64,000 bases of DNA, from the NCBI GenBank assembly GCA_964643995.1, contig CAZXUJ010000003.1:349-64348 (forward strand), in the 5' to 3' direction. Below are positions 56,201 through 64,000 of this stretch, one piece after another. Position numbers and translations under genes: made by a program. The DNA is from an uncultured Candidatus Saccharibacteria bacterium. GTDB lineage: Bacteria > Patescibacteriota > WWE3 > UBA101185 > UBA10185. Numbering within the stretch: the first letter of the stretch is position 1; the number at the start of each line of letters is the position of its first letter. Under the pieces are notes generated by a model. It was not told the DNA's origin, searched no databases, and was given only the letters and a program-made list of their open reading frames with translations.

Positions 56201-58787
56201 AATATTTGCCAGAGATGTGATACCAAGTGTTTGCAGAAAGATTAGCAGCGTCTGTGGTAGCATAATTGCTCGCAGACCCAATATACATTCTTATCTCATC
56301 TCCATATTGAGCTAAAAGATAGCTTTTATTGCTATCATTCCATTTTCCAGCAATACTAAATTGAGTAGCTGCTGTTACTGCTTCTGGTTTAATCCAGGCA
56401 GATATTGTCAGATCACCTGTTATTGACAAATTGGTGCTGTCAGGTACGCTTAGTGTATCGTTAGAGCCATCAAATTTGTATGCGTTTCCAAATTTTCCTT
56501 GTGTAGTGTTACTGTCCTGAATGTTTTGTGCGGTTGCTGTGTTTCCATATCCTGAGACATCATAGTAGTCTCTTTCATATTCAAAAGCTCTCCAGATTGG
56601 GTCATCAGTTTCTATAGATGATGATTCTCCTAGTGTCCCGTCATAGTTACTATCAGAGGTATCATTAACAACCTGTCCTGAACCTTCGTTAAGAGGATAA
56701 TATGCTATTAAAGTGGATGCTGTGTCAGTTACTCCGTTTGTATACAAAGTGGAAACTTCGTTTGAAGTTAAGGCAGTATTGTATATAGCAACATCCCTTA
56801 TCAAACCTTCATGAAATTGTTCCTCGGTAGTTGCCGCTGTTTTCGCAGCTCCTAGTGTCGACGGTTGTCTTGGATCAGTGTTAGAAATGGTTGCTGCCGT
56901 AACTGAGGCGCTTTCTGACGAATTGTTTATGTACAAGTAGTGTGTGTCGGCTACAGAGTCGTACACTGCTACCACGTGGTACCATGTGTCCTCAGAAAGT
57001 ACTGTATTACTATCCACCCAGGTAGTGAAGCTATCACCATCAGCACCCCTACCTGCAAAGAGCAGTTTATTATCAGTATCTATTGCTACCTTTACTCTGG
57101 TAAGATCTGATGTTGCCCCTCTTATTTCTTCATATAACGTTCTTCTTGTGCTGTCTAAGTTGGTAGTATAAAACCATAGTGACACACTATATCGGGTGAG
57201 ATTTTTCACTGTAGTTGTGGTGGGCAATTCTATAAAATCATCCGTACCATCAAATAGCACTCCACCGTCTACATATGTCTTTGTTTGCGTATCTTCGAAG
57301 TCGTAATGGGCTACTGGTCCCGGTGCCCACCTGTATAAATTAGTGATTTCTTCTGGGGTCAATGCCCTGTTATATATTCTTGTTTCATCAAGAACGCCAG
57401 CGAAATCAGTACTACCCCCGGAGTTTGTGCCTATTCTCAAAGTGCCTGTATTTGCAAGCATTGCAGTGGTTTCATCAGCTTCATAATTTAGAACACCATT
57501 TATATAAATCCGCACTTTTTCACCGTCATAGGTGGCTGCCACGTGTGTCCACGTACTATTGCTTATGCTTGAATTCGCAGTATGTGTAACGGTTGCGCCG
57601 TTATAAAGCTTGAACTGTGGTGTTGCAACAAATGCACTTGTCGAAAAGTCGAGTCCATAATTTAGTTCTGTTGCAGAACCTCCCTTATATACCACAACAT
57701 CATTGTTGTCATCGTTGTCGCGATTCAACCAAGTTGCTATGGTTACCTCAGTGGTTGTATCTAGACTATTATTATCACTCACTTCAACATAATTAGCTGA
57801 TGTCGTCGTGACACCGTGCCCAAACTTTCCGGTCGAATTCATTGTAGTCGACCCATTCCAGGCACCGTCATTGCTATTGCCTGAATAGTCGCAAGAATCA
57901 TTTGTGCCGCCAGAACAGGTGTTTTGACCACCTTCATTAAACCTCCAGTAACCGACAAGTCCATTGGATATATAATTTCTGGTGAAGTCTCCAAATGTTG
58001 CTGAGGGTGTATCCTCAGGTACCCCAGGTATCATATCAGCTTTAATCTGGGCAGCTGTTTTTACTTCTCTGTGAACCTTTATTTCATCAAGATACCCATG
58101 CCAACTATTAGATGCCCCGTCTGAGTCAATGCCAACATACAAAGGTGCGGAATTAACTAATGTACCTGTTTCCACAAGACTCGTATCTGAATCTATTAGA
58201 ATGCCGTCCACATATAGGTATATCCCTGTAGTTCCATCCTTCACAGCTGCAAAATGGTGCCAACGATTATCATCATAGTTTTTGCTTTGGTCATCCCCAA
58301 CAACATCGGTGGTGTTCCAAAAGCTGTCATCATCAATCGCAAAGGCGATATCCCCATCACTATCCATGTATACAGCATAACCTCCAGCCACACCATCTCC
58401 GTACTTAGCTGCTATGATGTCTGTATTCGTAGATATTTCTGGATGCCTAAACCACCCCATGATAGTGAAGTCATCACTCGCTGCAAAATCAAGGTTTGCA
58501 TTGTCTGCTATTTCTATAAAGTCTCCGCTTCCATCAAAGTACATGCATTTACTAGTTCGGCACATCTCATCCGTTTTCCATTGTGCATTCGTTATTGTTC
58601 CGTCACTTACTGTCCCCGATGTGTCTACAACACTTGAACCATACCCCTCATTTAAAGCAAGGTGTAAGGCAGCAGCTTCAGTGTCTCTAGGATCTTTTTG
58701 ACGTATTACTAGTATTGGTACTAACACGACCATGAGGCCAACAATCAGAGGCACTAGTGTTTTTCTTAGTTTCTTAATTTTTTTCAT
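53277..58787 (-). CDS. Giant (1836 aa) membrane-anchored surface protein with multiple concanavalin-A-like lectin/LamG (Laminin_G_3) repeats
   Basis: N-terminal anchor KTLVPLIVGLMVVLVPILVI. A recurring module (DGxDDY..W.HIV.V.D.....IY.NG) occurs at least 7 times, which is characteristic of the LamG jelly-roll fold. Confidence 0.7.
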   Translation of the reverse strand: MKKIKKLRKTLVPLIVGLMVVLVPILVIRQKDPRDTEAAALHLALNEGYGSSVVDTSGTVSDGTITNAQWKTDEMCRTSKCMYFDGSGDFIEIADNANLDFAASDDFTIMGWFRHPEISTNTDIIAAKYGDGVAGGYAVYMDSDGDIAFAIDDDSFWNTTDVVGDDQSKNYDDNRWHHFAAVKDGTTGIYLYVDGILIDSDTSLVETGTLVNSAPLYVGIDSDGASNSWHGYLDEIKVHREVKTAAQIKADMIPGVPEDTPSATFGDFTRNYISNGLVGYWRFNEGGQNTCSGGTNDSCDYSGNSNDGAWNGSTTMNSTGKFGHGVTTTSANYVEVSDNNSLDTTTEVTIATWLNRDNDDNNDVVVYKGGSATELNYGLDFSTSAFVATPQFKLYNGATVTHTANSSISNSTWTHVAATYDGEKVRIYINGVLNYEADETTAMLANTGTLRIGTNSGGSTDFAGVLDETRIYNRALTPEEITNLYRWAPGPVAHYDFEDTQTKTYVDGGVLFDGTDDFIELPTTTTVKNLTRYSVSLWFYTTNLDSTRRTLYEEIRGATSDLTRVKVAIDTDNKLLFAGRGADGDSFTTWVDSNTVLSEDTWYHVVAVYDSVADTHYLYINNSSESASVTAATISNTDPRQPSTLGAAKTAATTEEQFHEGLIRDVAIYNTALTSNEVSTLYTNGVTDTASTLIAYYPLNEGSGQVVNDTSDSNYDGTLGESSSIETDDPIWRAFEYERDYYDVSGYGNTATAQNIQDSNTTQGKFGNAYKFDGSNDTLSVPDSTNLSITGDLTISAWIKPEAVTAATQFSIAGKWNDSNKSYLLAQYGDEIRMYIGSASNYATTDAANLSANTWYHISGKYSASAQTIEVFVNGVEKAATVTGTIPSSISDASNMLYIGTDVTLGGATGSLDLTIAAGTDDVAYNDIAYDDTATTGPVGGVGTSPNASYGQGFRFNNVTLTRGAEITSAYLTLMKDGAESTNVCWRLTAIEEDDTATFSSGSPPGARAIVNEYIAAETVNSSHSNNTAYSYPTSTGLRTMLGLAITQVVGRAGWASGNDLAIVNNSDQDNSACESSAREVYRMYDYGTPATNAPKLHIDYAMPDTYTNQFVGTMDEIKIYNYVRTDTQSIEDMNGGHPAGGSPIASQVVYYKMEELQGTTLNNENSSQAAIVGALTPAPAWRTGSNCKVNGCLDFNGTGDRVLVTNTTAIDLNEGLNDGFTFSSWVYIDSDGENDVGQIIYKGGNTYLRTSNESGGLVDIDVSLDLATSDATLTITDGATIGSWTYIAVTYSNDSDDEVSVWIDGELRGTSTNGSGDPAAESDDLSIGGTSTANFDGRMDEFKIYSSELTSSEIRVDYNIGSGINFGVGTDEQSNLLNGFGSGPTGWFRFDENTGTSTTYDVSTRANNGTLNSTAWVPGVFGSALDFDGSSSNVNIGNLSDYTIADTDDFSFSFWVNRDTFTTDDTIFSKRAGTSATQGGYGIGLTASTDVVYVEVSDGTDEFSFTGTTAITSTGWNHIVVVFDQDSATNSQIYVNGLEDKAGTTGTIANVGDLTTSQSARIGLLGVASAPFDGKIDEVKFFRYALTRDQVAYEYNRGQGEGWWRLDEGTGTTIYDASAKGLNGTLTIGASGSNTTTATAWSNGASGKINGSIDLDGTDDYFQVADSNPNDLYDQYDFSVSMWINRQSSTTTDVLISKRNNLSASSNGYAVVLDATTDTLFAEIADGTDEFSVTGTTAITSSGWQHVVFVFDQDNDTNSTIYLNGVPDKASTSGTIANIGDSVNVLPMRIGAHAGSTPADYFDGMIDDVRIFRYPLTEDQVRQLYNENASVRFNE

Positions 58788-61700
58788 TTAGGTTAAGAAT
58801 CCACCAATCAAAGCTTACGTCTTGGAGTAGGGGACTATCAATTTTGACTTTGAAGCTTGTGTTATCTATCTTCTCCGTTACGTACAATGCTTCACCGCCG
58901 GTACTGGTCTTTGCAGTTACAAATATCTTTGAGGTATTTTTCACAGCTGCGTTAGTGATCACTATTTCATTTTGCCCCGCAGTAATTATACCTTCGCCAA
59001 CTAGAGTTGAGGTGTCGTTTAAGACAAATTCGTTAGCAACAACCTTGTTCGCTTCTAGTGTACCAGTAGTACTAATTGTTCCGTCAGGTAGTAAAACAAT
59101 CTTGCCATCAAAAAAGTCTACGTTTCCGCTTAGCCCCTTCTGTATGAATAGTGCTTGGCTACCACATAATGCTTGGTTTAAGCCTGTTAGTTCACCGTAG
59201 CATGTGGGTCCAACAACGTCTACTGAATTCTCTAAGGAGTTTATTTGAATTAACCCCACACCAAGATCACCAGTGATTTGAACATTGTTAAGTGTAGAAT
59301 CTCCAAGTACAACCATATCTGAGGCAACACTCAAAATGTCATTACCTTCTGCGTCTGTTTCACTAGTTATACCTAGGGCGGCAATAAAGCTTTGGAATGA
59401 AGAGAATGTATCGAGCATTTGAGTTAACATTGCAGTTACATCCATTGATGCGCTTGCTTCAGTTGATTCTGATGATTCGTTTGTTTCTCCTAATATTGTG
59501 TTTATAGCATCTATCTGTGCTTGCAAGTTAGTGTCATTGTTTTCTAGTGTTTCAACTCTGCTCTCGATTGTTGTACTTATACCTGCGACTACTTCTTGAG
59601 TTGCCTCCTCAACGTTTGTGCTTATTAATGTACTCAAGTTCTCATATTGAGCCGATAAATTACCAAGCTCATCTAGCTGCAGTGCTAGATTGTCGGCTGT
59701 ATACCAACCCGTGTTTATAAACATCATTATCTTTTCATTACCACTACCTGGATTCCATGCTTCAAGAGCTTGACCTATTATTCTTCCTGTTTGAGTTGCC
59801 TTCATTGCTTTTCCTGCCTGGTCTGAAGAGGTTAAGTAATCTCCTGGTTCTATAGTCTCTGAGTTTGCTGATATTTTGACTGGTACTCGTCCTGCCAATC
59901 CAACTAGATAGTTATCTTCGGAATCTGGTCCGCCTAAGATTAATCCTGGTTTCGTAGATACTACGCCGATTGCGCTAGTTTGGTAGGCAACGTTTGATCT
60001 AATCACTTTTTCAGTTTGAGTTGGATCAATGGCTACAACATCACCTACATCGAGTGTTTCGTTGCTGACAAAGTACTCTGCTAAGTCTTGCCCTCCATCT
60101 GTAGAGTCGTCCATCCAACCTAATAAGTTCCAATCAGTCCCATCATAAATCCAAGTTAGCATATCGCCATCAGCACAAACTATATCTGTGCTACCACCAT
60201 TTAACCCAGATGCAGTTACATCAAATGTAACAGCCGAATCGCACTGTACGACGAGCATATGCCCGGCATTAAGTGTCCCGGAACCTGCGTCAAAATCAGT
60301 TATTGTAGCAGTTCCAGCAGTATTAAAGTATGAACCGCCAGATACGTCCGGTGTGGTGTCTGCAGCAGTAAATGTGGCGTATGTATCTAGCGACACAGCT
60401 CCTTGGAACGTTGCATATCCAGTTGCGGGTATGTCAAATATTATGTCACCAGAATTGTATGTTTTTAATGTTAAGTTGCTGCTTTCAAATGATTCCCCGG
60501 CAATAATAGACATCGGGCCATAGCTCTCAATTTGGCTACTAGTTTGGTTAGTTAGGACAATGTCGTATGCAATACTTACATCTCCTGCCGCCGTGAACTC
60601 ATGTGGAAGGGCAGAGGTGATTATTGATTCTTTGACTGAGAATAAGTTCGAGTTTGTATCCGTAACAGTGAATAACCTTCCTGTAGTCGTCCCGTTTGCT
60701 CCTATATTTATTTGGAATAGGTCTCCTGTTGCTGCTGTTGCGGATCCTGGCTCCCATTCTACTAATCCTATATTGCCCGAGAATGATGTACTCGTGGTGG
60801 TAGATTGTAATTTAAAGCCATCGCCAGTAGTTAAGGCATCAACTGAGATACCCATACCCCTCCCCGTTGTGACGGAATCAAATGCTCCAAGTAGCGCAGT
60901 ACCTATTACTGTGGCTGAAGAAATTAACATTCTACTTGTACCGTATGTAACGAGCTCTAGCCGATCATCCGTTGTCTCATCATAAGCAAGTGTCCAATCT
61001 TGATCCAATCCAAATGACAACCCATTGTCATCACCTAAAAATAACTGTTCCCATTCTGCAGTTGCAGAACCTAAGGAGTTGCCCTCAGCCGCCCCTGGGG
61101 TTAAGTTTGTAGTATTTAGCCGTAGCTCTGTTGAGGCACCTGTTGTAAATGTAAGCGTATCTGCTGTTGCTTCACCTAAGTCAATAGATTCACCACTTAC
61201 GCCAGAAATGTCTCCACCGCTTACAGTCAAATCCCCAGTCACTGTTGCATTACCATCGCTACCATTATCGGTTAGAGTGAATAAATCGTTGCCTGAAGTG
61301 TCCTCAAAAGTCCACACAGTAGACGAGGATGAGAATTGCCTTATGCCATCGCCCAAAATGAAATTCTGTCCAGAATTTAGCGCATTAACTATATTTGCGT
61401 TTGATACATCTAGTGCATCTGTTATGTCCAAATCCGTACTGCTTGTTGAGTCTATTAATATGGCGTCTGTGACAGCAGCAATAGTATTTTCCGCATTTAC
61501 TAGTTTCAAGAGTGCTTCATATGATCCTGCAGCAGCATTGGCAGTTGCAGAGCTTATTATTATTGTTCCAAATACATCACCATCGGCATCGTTTGCAGCT
61601 AATGTGATGTTTTGAGCAATAACATCTGTAGCTGTCGTTGCGCCGTTGCTTTGGGCAATATTGATATCTGCGCCTATAACTGCCGCGTTACCTGCAACAA

Positions 61701-64000
61701 CATTGATATCCAAGGCACCAGTTGTTCCTAAGAAGGTATTGGTGGCGTTATCAATAAACAGACTTGATGCGGTTTGGCTTGCTACACCCAGTACCTCAAG
61801 CCCAATGTCTCCGGTTTCTCCTACTGCTAGTCTCAGTCTATCAGTTGCAGTTGTGTAGTCGATTATTCCGCCGGACGATGTGAACGGGCTTGAACCCCCA
61901 GTTGCAAGGTTAACCCATCCGGAGTTGTCTCCGTCGTCAGTTTTTACGTATAGAGTACCGTTTGTGGTATCCATAGATATAGCTCCGGTATTTGCAGTTA
62001 AGCTTCCTTCAGGTGAACCTGCTGTGTTATACAACCCCCACGCATCCGTACCATCATTAAATCCAATCCATTGTCCAGCAGAGGATCGTGTGAAAGACGC
62101 TGCCGTAGCAGATCCAGAGGAGAGGGAAATGGTGTCTCCTGAGTAGGTTCCAGTTATAGCTAAGTCACCTGCATTAGCGTTATCTGTTAAGGTAAGTAAG
62201 TCATTTCCTGAGGTGTCTTCGAAGGTTATAACCCCACTCGAACTCTCGAATATCCTAGTTGCATCCAGCACTGCAAAATTTGTACCTAAGTTTATAGCGT
62301 TGATAATTTCTGCATCACTTACATCTAGTGCATCTACTATCGAATCGTTGGTTGTTGCTCTTATTAGCAGTGCATCGGTTAAATCAATATCTGTAGCTTG
62401 GAGGTTTTCAATTAGTACTCCAGTATTTACTACTTGAGTTCCTGCATCTTCTGCAACTACAGCTATGCCATAAGTTGTTGATGTAGCATCGTTAACTGTC
62501 AAGCCAATATAGTCACCATATACAGTAGGGGAGTGTCCTGCATCTGAGTCCACGGTAATGTCATTCTTTACACTGTATGTGGTAATGTCTGTCGCAGCAT
62601 CTTCGATTTGGTAGTCAATGCTTATACCTTTATTGGTTGAAGTTATGGTGTCAACGTCAAGGTTTATTACGCCGGTTGTACTGATGTTATCGGAGGTTAC
62701 AGCATCTATCTCAAATGTACTTGCAGAAAGAAGATCGAATGTTACAGCGCCGTCTACATCTAGTAACGCATCTGGCGTTGAGTCCCCAATTCCGACATTG
62801 CCCGTGCTGTCAACCGTTAACAAGTCCCCATCCGCGGCGGCAGTCGAACTGAGTAGAAGTAATTTTTGTACGCCAATTTTTGCAATTTCGAAAGTTGCTC
62901 CTGGCGAGTTGTCGTTAAGCCCTACTGACCCCGTATGTTTTACAAGCAGATAGGGATTTGTACCAATATAGATATCACTCCCAGCGCGACCGCCAAAAAA
63001 GTAATTATCAGTTCCGCTGAGATTAATAGCGTTAGCAGCTGTTCCACTACTATCTTTTATCCTGTATCCATAATTATTGCTCAACAACACATAGCCATTC
63101 GCAATTTCTAACTTTGCCCCTGGACTAGATGCCCCAATTCCCAAATCACCTTCAATAATCATATTATTAGCTCCTGGGTCATTGTTTACAAAAGTAGCTC
63201 CTAGAGCTACTCCTCCAGATGCTCTTAAATTTAATCTTTCAGTCATTGCAAACGCATCAGTTCCAGTGTGAAATCCTAATCGACCTGAACTTGATCTTAG
63301 TGCAAAATTTTTTGAACCAACTGCAGCGTTATTATCAGATATATACAAGTAGCTGTCTGTGGAGGATAAATGAAGTAGTCCTTGTGGAGAAGCTGTGCCA
63401 ATACCTACAAAACCTCCCATAAATGCAGCTGCATACTCATTACCTTCACCTCCAGCATCTGCGTCTGCATTGACATAAAGTCCGGTAATGGTTGATGTTG
63501 CATCGTCGTTGTCTGCTGCTATATACAAACCATACCCTGTAGAACTATTCCCGGCATCTGTATCTATAGTCTGATTTATTCTTGCCCCATATGCGGTTAT
63601 ACCAGCTGAATCGCGAATTATATGATCAATGTTCAAGCCAATGTTTGTATTTGTAACTGTATCTACATTGAGGTCAAAAACCCCATCTGTCGTTGTATTG
63701 TCTGTTGTAGCTGCATCTATTCCAAGAGTTCCGGCTGCTGGGAAAGTGATATCAATAGTTGAGTCATCATCAAAGGACACAAATGTGGTTGCGCCATCTC
63801 TGATATCGAATATACCAGACGAATCCAAGTCTATTGTTAGGTTGCTTGTTCCAAGGTTTATATCAGTTGTTTCGTCAACATCTAGTGTGTTTTCAAATTC
63901 TGCGAAATCCAAGCAGTCCGTACATGTGAAGTCTGTGGCGGTCAAGGTGGCATCTACTTGTAAACCACCGTCGATTTCCAAAAAGCCTTGGATGTAAAGA
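58774..64000 (-). CDS. Giant (at least 1735 aa, 5' end outside the window) Thr/Gly/Ser/Asp-rich fibre or beta-helix-like surface protein with C-terminal coiled-coil and tail-fibre-chaperone-like region
   Basis: The reading frame stays open to the window edge. The composition is repetitive and beta-rich. The C-terminal 250 aa contain a heptad-like segment (LDELGNLSAQYENLSTLISTNVEEA..LENNDTNLQAQIDAI). The gene overlaps the downstream LamG giant by 14 bp, so the two are co-transcribed. Confidence 0.65.
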   Translation of the reverse strand, partial: LYIQGFLEIDGGLQVDATLTATDFTCTDCLDFAEFENTLDVDETTDINLGTSNLTIDLDSSGIFDIRDGATTFVSFDDDSTIDITFPAAGTLGIDAATTDNTTTDGVFDLNVDTVTNTNIGLNIDHIIRDSAGITAYGARINQTIDTDAGNSSTGYGLYIAADNDDATSTITGLYVNADADAGGEGNEYAAAFMGGFVGIGTASPQGLLHLSSTDSYLYISDNNAAVGSKNFALRSSSGRLGFHTGTDAFAMTERLNLRASGGVALGATFVNNDPGANNMIIEGDLGIGASSPGAKLEIANGYVLLSNNYGYRIKDSSGTAANAINLSGTDNYFFGGRAGSDIYIGTNPYLLVKHTGSVGLNDNSPGATFEIAKIGVQKLLLLSSTAAADGDLLTVDSTGNVGIGDSTPDALLDVDGAVTFDLLSASTFEIDAVTSDNISTTGVINLDVDTITSTNKGISIDYQIEDAATDITTYSVKNDITVDSDAGHSPTVYGDYIGLTVNDATSTTYGIAVVAEDAGTQVVNTGVLIENLQATDIDLTDALLIRATTNDSIVDALDVSDAEIINAINLGTNFAVLDATRIFESSSGVITFEDTSGNDLLTLTDNANAGDLAITGTYSGDTISLSSGSATAASFTRSSAGQWIGFNDGTDAWGLYNTAGSPEGSLTANTGAISMDTTNGTLYVKTDDGDNSGWVNLATGGSSPFTSSGGIIDYTTATDRLRLAVGETGDIGLEVLGVASQTASSLFIDNATNTFLGTTGALDINVVAGNAAVIGADINIAQSNGATTATDVIAQNITLAANDADGDVFGTIIISSATANAAAGSYEALLKLVNAENTIAAVTDAILIDSTSSTDLDITDALDVSNANIVNALNSGQNFILGDGIRQFSSSSTVWTFEDTSGNDLFTLTDNGSDGNATVTGDLTVSGGDISGVSGESIDLGEATADTLTFTTGASTELRLNTTNLTPGAAEGNSLGSATAEWEQLFLGDDNGLSFGLDQDWTLAYDETTDDRLELVTYGTSRMLISSATVIGTALLGAFDSVTTGRGMGISVDALTTGDGFKLQSTTTSTSFSGNIGLVEWEPGSATAATGDLFQINIGANGTTTGRLFTVTDTNSNLFSVKESIITSALPHEFTAAGDVSIAYDIVLTNQTSSQIESYGPMSIIAGESFESSNLTLKTYNSGDIIFDIPATGYATFQGAVSLDTYATFTAADTTPDVSGGSYFNTAGTATITDFDAGSGTLNAGHMLVVQCDSAVTFDVTASGLNGGSTDIVCADGDMLTWIYDGTDWNLLGWMDDSTDGGQDLAEYFVSNETLDVGDVVAIDPTQTEKVIRSNVAYQTSAIGVVSTKPGLILGGPDSEDNYLVGLAGRVPVKISANSETIEPGDYLTSSDQAGKAMKATQTGRIIGQALEAWNPGSGNEKIMMFINTGWYTADNLALQLDELGNLSAQYENLSTLISTNVEEATQEVVAGISTTIESRVETLENNDTNLQAQIDAINTILGETNESSESTEASASMDVTAMLTQMLDTFSSFQSFIAALGITSETDAEGNDILSVASDMVVLGDSTLNNVQITGDLGVGLIQINSLENSVDVVGPTCYGELTGLNQALCGSQALFIQKGLSGNVDFFDGKIVLLPDGTISTTGTLEANKVVANEFVLNDTSTLVGEGIITAGQNEIVITNAAVKNTSKIFVTAKTSTGGEALYVTEKIDNTSFKVKIDSPLLQDVSFDWWILNLNEKN

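Noticed and set aside
54416-63997. Many plus-strand ORFs of 60-196 aa inside the two giant minus-strand genes
   Set aside because: They are antisense to long, continuous, repeat-rich coding frames. Low-complexity Ser/Pro/Ala-rich translations are the expected mirror of a Thr/Gly-rich frame. There are no RBSs.

Overview
This is a low-GC (about 36-40 % by eye), gene-dense bacterial chromosomal segment. The gene content suggests a small-genome organism with a Gram-positive-type envelope, possibly a Patescibacteria/CPR lineage; that is an inference, not a measurement. I made about 65 calls, of which about 50 are coding. All were made by reading the ORF translations for family motifs; I ran no homology search.

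Calls in order: a membrane-anchored receiver-domain protein; a FemAB-like peptidyltransferase; a spermidine-synthase-like methyltransferase; rpsA; clpC-radA-yacL-like in Firmicute-type order with no disA; a toxin-antitoxin islet (VapBC plus a BrnA-like RHH protein with no partner); a strong promoter, a Gln-rich mini-ORF and a GC-rich leader ahead of a compositionally foreign ~53 % GC gene; a glycosylation block (GT2 polyprenyl-phosphate-sugar-synthase-like, GT4, and three multi-span GT-C-like membrane proteins of 502, 697 and 1016 aa); a second foreign high-GC secreted-protein gene; an LPXTG substrate plus sortase pair separated by a 17-bp-stem attenuator hairpin; rho; a LysM-M23 peptidase; obg; tRNA-Ala(GGC) followed by a duplicated tRNA 3' end (att-like scar); a competence cluster dprA-comM-arsR-comEA-(short) comEC; argS; a metallophosphoesterase; ndk; tRNA-Ser(TGA); tRNA-Arg(CCT); a ~100-nt pseudoknotted structured element; a second sortase; a PEGA/beta-propeller membrane protein; GT4 and GT26 glycosyltransferases; an alpha-glucan island (glgA, two GH57 genes with one carrying a UVR motif, a second glgA, a GalT-like nucleotidyl-transferase); rplL-rplJ; an O-antigen-ligase-like + TPR membrane protein; and two giant surface proteins (1836 aa with LamG/ConA-like repeats, and a Thr/Gly/Ser-rich fibre-like protein of at least 1735 aa that runs off the window).

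The most unusual signals are: the two single-gene high-GC islands; the Gln-codon leader in front of one of them; a perfect 2x42-bp tandem repeat inside a 54-aa mini-ORF; the tRNA-end duplication; the pseudoknotted RNA candidate; the GT-C trio; and the giant adhesin-like gene pair.
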